Assembly: GCF_031660515.1 (NCBI RefSeq)
Contig: NZ_CP134362.1
Strand: one strand, 5' to 3'
Origin: Escherichia coli
GTDB taxonomy: Bacteria; Pseudomonadota; Gammaproteobacteria; Enterobacterales; Enterobacteriaceae
Length of the DNA: 32,000 nucleotides
Positions 1 through 7,634 of this stretch are shown one piece after another. Numbering within the stretch: the stretch's first letter is position 1; each line of letters opens with the position of its first letter. Both the position numbers and the translations under genes were made by a program. The notes under the pieces were generated by a model that was not told where the DNA came from, did no database searches, and saw nothing but the letters and a program-made list of their open reading frames with translations.

Positions 1-597
1 AGCGGTGCGTTATCACTTGAACTCGCCGGTATCATTTTCTCCTTTATGCTGATCAACTTATTTGATTCATCAGGGACATTAATTGGTGTGACTGATAAAG
101 CTGGCTTAATAGATAGTAACGGTAAATTCCCCAATATGAATAAGGCGCTGTATGTTGATAGCGTCAGTTCGGTGGCGGGTGCGTTTATCGGTACCTCGTC
201 TGTTACCGCCTATATTGAAAGTACTTCAGGTGTGGCTGTCGGTGGTCGCACGGGGCTGACGGCTGTCGTAGTCGGCGTTATGTTCCTGCTGGTTATGTTC
301 TTCTCACCGCTGGTGGCGATGGTTCCTCCTTACGCAACCGCCGGAGCGTTAATCTTTGTTGGCGTGCTGATGACTTCAAGCCTGGCGCGCGTTAACTGGG
401 ATGATTTTACCGAATCGGTGCCTGCGTTTATTACCACGGTGATGATGCCCTTTACTTTCTCGATCACCGAAGGGATTGCACTAGGCTTTATGTCGTACTG
501 CATCATGAAAGTGTGCACCGGGCGCTGGCGCGATCTGAACCTGTGTGTGGTGGTGGTCGCAACTCTGTTTGCACTGAAGATTATTCTGGTGGATTAG
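1..597 (+). CDS. adeQ: YicO/AdeQ adenine permease, C-terminal part (starts before window)
   Basis: Open frame from the window start; track protein MLINLFDSSGTLIGVTDKAG...LKIILVD is a NCS2/AzgA-family purine permease C-terminus; synteny with yicN and nepI. Confidence 0.9.
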   Translation, partial: SGALSLELAGIIFSFMLINLFDSSGTLIGVTDKAGLIDSNGKFPNMNKALYVDSVSSVAGAFIGTSSVTAYIESTSGVAVGGRTGLTAVVVGVMFLLVMFFSPLVAMVPPYATAGALIFVGVLMTSSLARVNWDDFTESVPAFITTVMMPFTFSITEGIALGFMSYCIMKVCTGRWRDLNLCVVVVATLFALKIILVD

Positions 598-649
598 TAA
601 CTGGCGAGGGTTTCCAGATATCATGAGTTCTGATTACGCAGGAGAACTC

Positions 650-1102
650 ATGATCTGGATAATGCTCGCCACGCTGGCGGTAGTGTTTGTGGTTGGTTTT
701 CGGGTGCTGACATCCGGGGCCAGAAAAGCGATTCGCCGTCTCAGCGATCGGCTGAACATCGATGTCGTACCCGTGGAGTCGATGGTCGATCAAATGGGAA
801 AGTCAGCCGGTGACGAATTTTTACGTTATTTGCATCGCCCGGATGAGTCGCACCTGCAAAACGCCGCGCAGGTGTTGCTCATCTGGCAAATTGTCATTGT
901 CGATGGTAGCGAACAGAACATGCTGCAATGGCATCGGATTTTACAAAAAGCCCGCCTTGCCGCGCCGATTACTGATGCTCAGGTCAGGCTGGCGCTGGGT
1001 TTTCTGCGCGAAACCGAACCTGAAATGCAGGATATCAATGCTTTTCAGATGCGCTATAACGCGTTCTTTCAGCCTGCCGAGGGCGTTCACTGGCTGCATT
1101 AA
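650..1102 (+). CDS. yicN: YicN, DUF1198 family protein (150 aa)
   Basis: MIWIMLATLAVVFVVGF...; ATG at 650 preceded by GCAGGAG; the ORF track start at 623 is upstream of this. Confidence 0.88.
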   Translation: MIWIMLATLAVVFVVGFRVLTSGARKAIRRLSDRLNIDVVPVESMVDQMGKSAGDEFLRYLHRPDESHLQNAAQVLLIWQIVIVDGSEQNMLQWHRILQKARLAAPITDAQVRLALGFLRETEPEMQDINAFQMRYNAFFQPAEGVHWLH

Positions 1103-1312
1103 AACCGCTTCGTCTTATCAGCCTACAGACCGCGCCTGACCTGGTGGGTGGATAAGGCGTTCACACCGCATCCGGTAATCTTTGCCCTGTTCCGTTTCGA
1201 TCTTAACTCCAGCTCAAGCAACATCGTAAAAGTTGCAAAAACGTTAAATGCATCACACATTTCAATGTTAGACTGGTCGGCTTTTCCCCTGAAACATGCC
1301 ACGGGTAACACC

Positions 1313-2503
1313 ATGAGTGAATTTATTGCTGAAAACCGCGGCGCGAATGCCATCACCCGACCGAACTGGTCAGCCGTTTTCTCAGTGGCGTTTTGCGTCG
1401 CCTGTCTGATTATCGTTGAGTTTTTGCCTGTCAGTTTGTTGACGCCAATGGCCCAGGATTTAGGCATTTCGGAAGGGGTTGCCGGCCAATCGGTGACCGT
1501 GACCGCCTTTGTGGCGATGTTTGCCAGTTTGTTTATTACCCAGACCATTCAGGCCACTGACCGCCGCTACGTTGTCATTCTGTTCGCCGTTTTGCTGACG
1601 CTTTCCTGTTTGCTGGTTTCCTTTGCCAACTCATTCAGTCTGCTGTTAATCGGTCGCGCCTGTCTGGGGGTGGCGCTGGGCGGGTTCTGGGCGATATCGG
1701 CGTCGCTGACCATGCGTCTGGTACCGCCGCGTACGGTGCCGAAGGCGCTGTCGGTGATCTTCGGCGCGGTTTCTATTGCGCTGGTGATTGCCGCGCCGTT
1801 GGGCAGTTTTTTAGGCGAGCTTATCGGTTGGCGCAATGTCTTTAATGCGGCGGCGGCGATGGGCGTGCTGTGTATTTTCTGGATTATCAAGTCACTGCCT
1901 TCGCTGCCAGGTGAACCTTCGCATCAGAAACAAAATACTTTCCGCTTATTACAATGTCCGGGAGTGATGGCCGGGATGATCGCCATCTTTATGTCCTTTG
2001 CCGGACAGTTTGCTTTTTTCACTTATATTCGCCCAGTGTATATGAATCTGGCGGGATTCGGTGTTGATGGCTTAACCCTGGTGCTGCTGAGTTTTGGTAT
2101 CGCCAGCTTTGTCGGGACATCGCTTTCGTCGTTTATTCTCAAACGTTCGGTGAAACTGGCCTTAGCGGGCGCACCGTTTGTGCTCGCCCTGAGCGCGCTG
2201 GTACTGACGCTGTGGGGAAGCGATAAAATTGTTGCTACTGGTGTGGCGATTATCTGGGGGCTGACCTTTGCTTTAATTCCCGTTGGTTGGTCAACGTGGA
2301 TCACTCGCTCATTGGCCGATCAGGCAGAAAAGGCTGGATCTATTCAGGTGGCCGTTATTCAGCTTGCCAATACCTGCGGTGCGGCAATCGGCGGTTATGC
2401 GTTGGATAACATTGGTCTGACTTCGCCGCTGATGTTGTCCGGCACATTGATGTTGCTGACTGCATTGTTGGTGACTGCAAAGGTGAAAATGAAGAAATCC
2501 TGA
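1313..2503 (+). CDS. nepI: NepI purine ribonucleoside efflux MFS transporter (396 aa)
   Basis: [23 protein letters not shown]...; the track ORF begins at 1148 but the recognised start is 1313. Confidence 0.93.
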   Translation: MSEFIAENRGANAITRPNWSAVFSVAFCVACLIIVEFLPVSLLTPMAQDLGISEGVAGQSVTVTAFVAMFASLFITQTIQATDRRYVVILFAVLLTLSCLLVSFANSFSLLLIGRACLGVALGGFWAISASLTMRLVPPRTVPKALSVIFGAVSIALVIAAPLGSFLGELIGWRNVFNAAAAMGVLCIFWIIKSLPSLPGEPSHQKQNTFRLLQCPGVMAGMIAIFMSFAGQFAFFTYIRPVYMNLAGFGVDGLTLVLLSFGIASFVGTSLSSFILKRSVKLALAGAPFVLALSALVLTLWGSDKIVATGVAIIWGLTFALIPVGWSTWITRSLADQAEKAGSIQVAVIQLANTCGAAIGGYALDNIGLTSPLMLSGTLMLLTALLVTAKVKMKKS

Positions 2504-2543
2504 TATCAGGTAAAGAAGCGTTGGTCAGTGGTTGTTGCCGTTC

Positions 2544-2837
2544 TTACATATCCGGGCATTCTACCTTACCCAACGCTTCCCAATAATTGCTCTGATTATT
2601 ACGTTCCATCGCCACGATGGCCTCGCGTATATGTTGTTTATTGTTTTCATCTGACAACATTAACTTTTCCCACGCTTCATCTGATAATGACGCCTGTGGC
2701 GTGCAAATTTTACGTAAATCTTGCAATACCGTGGTTTTCTCTTTTGCCGACTGTAGAGAACTGAATGGCGACTCGGCCTGAGAAATGGCTGGAAAAATCA
2801 GGAATACGGTAATCATGAGTAGCATCGTTGGCTTCAT
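2544..2837 (-). CDS. yicS: YicS, small exported protein (97 aa)
   Basis: MKPTMLLMITVFLIFPAISQAESPFSSLQSAKEK...; N-terminal signal-like segment; synteny upstream of nlpA. Confidence 0.88.
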   Translation of the reverse strand: MKPTMLLMITVFLIFPAISQAESPFSSLQSAKEKTTVLQDLRKICTPQASLSDEAWEKLMLSDENNKQHIREAIVAMERNNQSNYWEALGKVECPDM

Positions 2838-3058
2838 AGCGGCAACCTTCTGCAAATGTGCATCGAATGAAGCATAAGTGTAGTTTGCTTTTGCCGCTCT
2901 CATCATGCTGTACGAAAGGTGTTTGCGTGGTCAGTAAGAAGTGCCAGACTTTATATTCCACTTTTATTCCTTTTTATTCTTATCGATAGCGTTTCGTTTT
3001 TTAAACTGCAGCGACCTTACCGCTATAGTCAGGTAATCATTAATAAAAGGATAAAAAA

Positions 3059-3877
3059 ATGAAACTGACAACACATCATCTACGGGCGGGGGCCGCATTA
3101 TTACTGGCAGGAGTTCTGCTGGCAGGTTGCGACCAGAGCAGCAGCGATGAAAAGCATATTAAAGTTGGCGTTATTAATGGCGCAGAACAAGATGTCGCGG
3201 AAGTCGCTAAAAAGGTAGCAAAAGAGAAATATGGTCTCGATGTTGAACTGGTAGGATTTAGCGGTTCGTTGCTACCGAACGATGCGACAAATCATGGCGA
3301 GCTTGATGCGAACGTCTTCCAGCATCGACCCTTTCTTGAACAAGATAATCAGGCGCATGGTTATAAACTGGTAGCGGTGGGAAATACGTTTGTCTTCCCC
3401 ATGGCGGGCTATTCCAAAAAAATCAAAACAGTGGCGCAAATAAAAGAAGGTGCGACAGTGGCGATCCCCAACGACCCGACTAACCTTGGTCGCGCGCTTT
3501 TACTGCTGCAAAAAGAGAAGCTAATTACTCTGAAAGAAGGAAAAGGGTTATTACCTACCGCGTTGGATATAACCGATAATCCACGCCATTTGCAGATAAT
3601 GGAGCTGGAAGGGGCACAGTTGCCACGTGTACTGGACGACCCGAAAGTGGATGTAGCGATTATCAGCACCACTTACATCCAGCAAACAGGACTTTCTCCG
3701 GTTAACGACAGCGTATTTATTGAAGATAAAAATTCGCCGTATGTGAATATTCTGGTGGCACGGGAAGATAATAAGAATGCAGAAAACGTGAAGGAATTTC
3801 TGCAATCTTATCAATCACCCGAAGTCGCTAAAGCGGCAGAAACCATCTTTAACGGAGGCGCGGTGCCTGGCTGGTAA
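3059..3877 (+). CDS. nlpA: NlpA lipoprotein-28, MetQ-like substrate-binding lipoprotein (272 aa)
   Basis: MKLTTHHLRAGAALLLAGVLLAGCDQ lipobox (LLAGC); recognised sequence. Confidence 0.96.
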   Translation: MKLTTHHLRAGAALLLAGVLLAGCDQSSSDEKHIKVGVINGAEQDVAEVAKKVAKEKYGLDVELVGFSGSLLPNDATNHGELDANVFQHRPFLEQDNQAHGYKLVAVGNTFVFPMAGYSKKIKTVAQIKEGATVAIPNDPTNLGRALLLLQKEKLITLKEGKGLLPTALDITDNPRHLQIMELEGAQLPRVLDDPKVDVAIISTTYIQQTGLSPVNDSVFIEDKNSPYVNILVAREDNKNAENVKEFLQSYQSPEVAKAAETIFNGGAVPGW

Positions 3878-3880
3878 TTC

Positions 3881-4804
3881 TCACTCATGCCGCGCCGGAC
3901 GATTTATTTTTCTGGCGCGGCGGCGGGAATCCATTGAAATCAAAATCACCGATGACAGAATCAGCAGCGTTCCCAGCCAGTCCGGCAATGTGAAGGTGAT
4001 CCCCAGCAACAACAAAGAGAGCAGCGCGCTACTTAATGGTTCTGCACAGCTTAAAATGCTGGCTTTTGGACCGCCAATTAATTGTGCTCCTTTCAGGTAC
4101 AGACTAAATGTCAGGGACGTACCAATGACCACCAAATAAAAAAACGCCAGAATCAAACTGCCGTTAACGACAAAGTTTGTCCCTTGTCTGGCATAAAAGG
4201 GCAGCAGGATCAGACCGCCAATCAGCATACTCCAGCCGACGACCGGTAACGTGCCATAGCGGGCAATCAGCGTTGAGGGATAGGTGGTATAGAATGCAGC
4301 AGCAAATGCCGAGGCAATCCCCCAGAATAACGCGGCAGGAGAGATCGATAATGACGTCGGATTACCGTGTGTCACCAATAAAAAAGTCCCGATCAGCGAT
4401 GTCAAAATAGCGCAGAAAACCAGAATGCCCGGGCGGGATTTACGCACCAGTGAGAACCAGGCGACGATAATAGTCGGTGAGAGGAATTGCAGCACCGTTG
4501 CCGTGGCTGCGTTCGATTTTTCGATGGTTAGCAAAAAAGTGAGCTGTACGGTTAGCGCGCCAACCACGGAAAAAATCAGTAGGCTAATGGCATCTTTGTG
4601 ATTGTTAATAATAGAAAAGATTTTATCACCATGAATAAATGATAGCGTCAGCAGAATCAAACCGGCGAATATCAAACGCGTCATAGTCAAAAACTGCGAC
4701 GACATCTGGCTTTGCTCCATGATGTATTGCGCGCAGACCCCTGAACTTCCCCACAACACGGCGGCAATCAGAACGTTCAGCATCCCCTTTCTGGTGGAAC
4801 CCAT
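3881..4804 (-). CDS. yicL: YicL, EamA/DMT-family permease (307 aa)
   Basis: Reverse complement of 4804-3881 gives [33 protein letters not shown]... The ORF track labels this '+', but the + strand at 3881 does not encode it. Confidence 0.92.
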   Translation of the reverse strand: MGSTRKGMLNVLIAAVLWGSSGVCAQYIMEQSQMSSQFLTMTRLIFAGLILLTLSFIHGDKIFSIINNHKDAISLLIFSVVGALTVQLTFLLTIEKSNAATATVLQFLSPTIIVAWFSLVRKSRPGILVFCAILTSLIGTFLLVTHGNPTSLSISPAALFWGIASAFAAAFYTTYPSTLIARYGTLPVVGWSMLIGGLILLPFYARQGTNFVVNGSLILAFFYLVVIGTSLTFSLYLKGAQLIGGPKASILSCAEPLSSALLSLLLLGITFTLPDWLGTLLILSSVILISMDSRRRARKINRPARHE

Positions 4805-4970
4805 TTTTCCCTCTGCATACTGTTTTGTCTTTTCATCAATATACGTTAAGGATACCACTACCGATGACGGTGAGGGAGTAGAGTAATCAATCAGTTTTAG
4901 TGAATGGAGGAAATAATGACATATAACAATTATTCATATGGTGTTTAAAAAAACTCAATATGAAATTTAA

Positions 4971-5560
4971 TTATTTAATGTTCAATAACTCTATGGCTTT
5001 AGTATATTCATCAGGAATACCAATTGTAAAACAAGGTGCGGTATCGGTAGGTAGATTTTCTTTGTTATCATCATCCAGAACAGAAATAGAAAACTGTCGT
5101 TCAGGTGTTGATGTCGTTGGTTATTAAAATGGTTGGATTAGGAAGAGAAACATATGTTGTATCATTTTTTAGTTTTATTTCTTTGATGTTTTCTTTGTTA
5201 ATTTTATCAATCGTTTCAATAGAGAAAAAAGAATCATACCCCATTCGCAGTTCAATTTTATTATCGTTTTCGAATAAATAAATGGCATTATTGTTTTGAA
5301 GCAGATTGAATATATTGTTAGCGCAAGTTTGAGTTGCTAGCCAGGATGCCGCTGGATGACTCAAATTAATATGCGTGCTAAAGACTTTGACGCGACTACT
5401 TCTGTTTTTCTCTTTACTTTCAATTAAATGCCTAGCGCTTTTGGCTGCTTTACAAGTTCCATGCCCCACACGGCAAAAATAATCTCCTGAAAGGATACTT
5501 ACAATCAGTATTACACCAATGACGACAGAAAAAATAGTTCCGATGAGTTTGATGATGACA
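4971..5560 (-). pseudogene. Frameshifted small membrane-anchored/exported hypothetical protein
   Basis: Minus strand reads VIIKLIGTIFSVVIGVILIVSILSGDYFCRVGHGTCKAAKSARHLIESKEK...PTILITNDINT* (stop at 5101). The adjacent frame immediately continues ..TPERQFSISVLDDDNKENLPTDTAPCFTIGIPDEYTKAIELLNIK* (stop at 4971). Start codon not clear. Confidence 0.5.
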
Positions 5561-5609
5561 ATCCTTGTGCAGTGTTATTTTCACCATGGATTATAATGTT
5601 ATAGTGAAA

Positions 5610-5831
5610 TTATTGCGCATGTAATTTTTCTTTGATTGTTTTAACATCACATTTATGCACTTCTTCATCTTTGTAGCAGGTAAAAGCCATATATGGATGG
5701 CTGGTGTCCGGTGCAGATAAAATGCAACTTATTCTTGATAGCTTGAAAAAAAGAGAGGTTTTTTTGAGTGACGGTTGATAGTCGGTGGCAAGGAAGACGT
5801 TTTCGTACACTCGGCAAGAAAAACGAATCAC
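5610..5831 (-). pseudogene. Remnant of a second RhuM-family gene
   Basis: LATDYQPSLKKTSLFFKLSRISCILSAPDTSHPYMAFTCYKDEEVHKCDV matches LAADYQPSLKETTQFFQTIQNKLHFACTG...ADASQPHMGLTSYKGEEVRKGDV in the intact rhuM at 6039-7076; N and C termini are missing. Confidence 0.75.
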
Positions 5832-5907
5832 TCTGTCATACTACCAGATACATCAGCAGGGTCAGGTTGCTCAGAAATAAGCAGGATGGGGATCACTGAA
5901 GAGGCAT

Positions 5908-5926
5908 TTTGGCGATCACAGGAGTC
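5908..5926. repeat. Degenerate selC att-like repeat (third copy)
   Basis: TTTGGCGATCACAGGAGTC equals the 23-bp repeat TTTGGCGGAAGATCACAGGAGTC with a 4-nt deletion; the preceding GAGGCATTTTGGCG (5901-5914) is identical to 7120-7133. Confidence 0.75.
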
Positions 5927-5996
5927 GCATTTGATGGTTAAGTTATTGATTTAATGTTTATATTTTGAATTTGATAAATGAGTAACCCCATAAGTA

Positions 5997-6029
5997 CCCC
6001 CAAATGGTTTTGCGTATGGCGTTTGGGGG
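5997..6029. terminator. Hairpin just downstream of rhuM
   Basis: CCCCCAAA (5997-6004) pairs with TTTGGGGG (6022-6029), close to the rhuM stop at 6039. Confidence 0.45.
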
Positions 6030-6038
6030 GATTCCGGG

Positions 6039-7076
6039 CTACTTTTTCGACTCTTTATTCCACTGTAGCAAACCAGCGATATCCTTCTCGCCTTCGGCTT
6101 CTTTTAAGCGCCGTTGTTGTTCGGCAAACTGAACATACTCCGCCTGCGCTTTTTCATCGGCCATTTTCTTGCTGATTTTACCAGCGCCCTGTAGAACCTC
6201 TCGGTCGTTAAATTGCAGGAACTGATCCAGCTTATCCTGCCAGTCGCGCAAAAAGACTTGCTGACGACGACGGGCCTGATCCTCGGCAAAGTCCAGCCAC
6301 ATATTAACCACGCGATTAAGTTCGCTGACCTCATCCTGGGTGAGATAATTTTTTGCCACCGTCACGTCGCCCTTACGTACCTCTTCACCTTTATAACTGG
6401 TCAAGCCCATGTGCGGCTGGCTGGCATCTGCTCGTTTGTGGATGAGTTCCGCAGCGGTATGCCCGGTACAGGCAAAATGCAGTTTATTCTGGATGGTTTG
6501 AAAAAATTGCGTGGTTTCTTTAAGCGATGGCTGATAGTCGGCAGCTAAAGCAAAGATCTCCCGCACCCGCAAATATACCCGACGCTCGCTGGCGCGAATA
6601 TCGCGGATGCGTTCAAGCATCTCATCAAAATAGTCGGGCACAACCGATGAACCGACAGGCGGATTCTTCAGCCGCTCATCGTCCATCACAAAACCTTTGA
6701 TCAGGTATTCCTGAAGCGTCTGCGTTGCCCACTGGCGGAATTGCGTGCCTCGAGGCGAGCGAACGCGATAGCCGACAGCGAGAATGGCTTCGAGGTTGTA
6801 ATGGTCTATCTCTCTGGAAACCTGACGTTTTCCTTCCTGGCGAACTATCCGGAATTTCCGGATGGTTGAGTTTTGAACAAGTTCACCTTCGGAAAATATA
6901 TTGATTAAATGTTCGTTAATAGTGCGAACATCTTTATCGTACAGTTCAGCCATTGCCGCCTGGGATAACCAGATTGTGTCTGACTCAAAGCGACATTCAA
7001 CACGCACTCTTCCGTCACCGCTGGCAAACATAATAAACTCGCCTGCTGGGGGCTGGGTTAAGTCTTTGTCTGACAT
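6039..7076 (-). CDS. rhuM: Virulence RhuM family protein (345 aa)
   Basis: MSDKDLTQPPAGEFIMFASGDGRVRVECRFESDTIWLSQAAMAELYDKDVRTINEHL..., typical RhuM family sequence; RBS GGAGG before the ATG at 7076. Confidence 0.88.
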   Translation of the reverse strand: MSDKDLTQPPAGEFIMFASGDGRVRVECRFESDTIWLSQAAMAELYDKDVRTINEHLINIFSEGELVQNSTIRKFRIVRQEGKRQVSREIDHYNLEAILAVGYRVRSPRGTQFRQWATQTLQEYLIKGFVMDDERLKNPPVGSSVVPDYFDEMLERIRDIRASERRVYLRVREIFALAADYQPSLKETTQFFQTIQNKLHFACTGHTAAELIHKRADASQPHMGLTSYKGEEVRKGDVTVAKNYLTQDEVSELNRVVNMWLDFAEDQARRRQQVFLRDWQDKLDQFLQFNDREVLQGAGKISKKMADEKAQAEYVQFAEQQRRLKEAEGEKDIAGLLQWNKESKK

Positions 7077-7126
7077 GTCGCCTCCGAAGGAGTGTTGTTG
7101 ACGTCGGGAGAGTTCAGGAGAGGCAT

Positions 7127-7149
7127 TTTGGCGGAAGATCACAGGAGTC
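7127..7149. repeat. Distal att repeat of the P4-like element
   Basis: TTTGGCGGAAGATCACAGGAGTC, identical to 17761-17783. Confidence 0.92.
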
Positions 7150-7277
7150 AAAATTGCCATATAACCATTTGATTCAAATCGTTTATATTTTTCTATTATA
7201 ATTCATTTATACACATCCTTATACATATAATATCTATCGATTAATTTTTACACGTATCTTCACGCACGTTAACTCAG

Positions 7278-7401
7278 GAAAAAAATTTTTTTTCGAAAGA
7301 ACTGTTCACACTGTTCACCTTTCTTTTTTCTCCTTTTATTTCAGAGTGATAGGTGGTGAATAATGGGTGAAGGGTGAACATTCGATTCTTCACCTCCGGC
7401 A
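7278..7401. repeat. crr (cis replication region) direct repeat 1
   Basis: ACTGTTCACACTGTTCACC...TTTCAGAGTGATAGGTGGTGAATAATGGGTGAAGGGTGAACA...TTCACCTCCGG; repeated about 180 bp downstream; located beside the alpha gene as in P4. Confidence 0.8.
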
Positions 7402-7457
7402 TTCTGCCGGTGTGACTTGTGCAGGGGATTAATCCTCCGCACTGAAATCACACAGGG

Positions 7458-7581
7458 CGAAAAAAGTTTTTTTTGATTTGATTGTTCACACTGTTCACTT
7501 TTCGTTTTTCTCTTTTAATTTCAGTGTGATAACGGGTGAATACACGGTGAATGATGAGCAGTGGATTGTTCACCTGCGGGG
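7458..7581. repeat. crr direct repeat 2
   Basis: GATTGTTCACACTGTTCAC...TTTCAGTGTGATAACGGGTGAATACACGGTGAATG...TTGTTCACCTGCGG, direct repeat of 7278-7401. Confidence 0.8.
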
Positions 7582-7634
7582 AATTCAGGGATAAAAAAAA
7601 GACCGGCAGATGCCGGTCAGATGAGCCATGAGGG

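Noticed and set aside
1148-1312. N-terminal extension of NepI from 1148
   Set aside because: The known NepI start [11 protein letters not shown] is at 1313; upstream sequence does not resemble MFS N-termini. An A/T-rich AAAAACGTTAAAT motif here could be a weak PurR-like site but is too degenerate to call.
7278-7581. Short repeated GTTCAC/GGTGAA motifs that could look like a CRISPR or repeat array
   Set aside because: Only two long direct repeats with internal iterons, next to alpha; matches the P4 crr, with no regular spacer structure and no cas genes.
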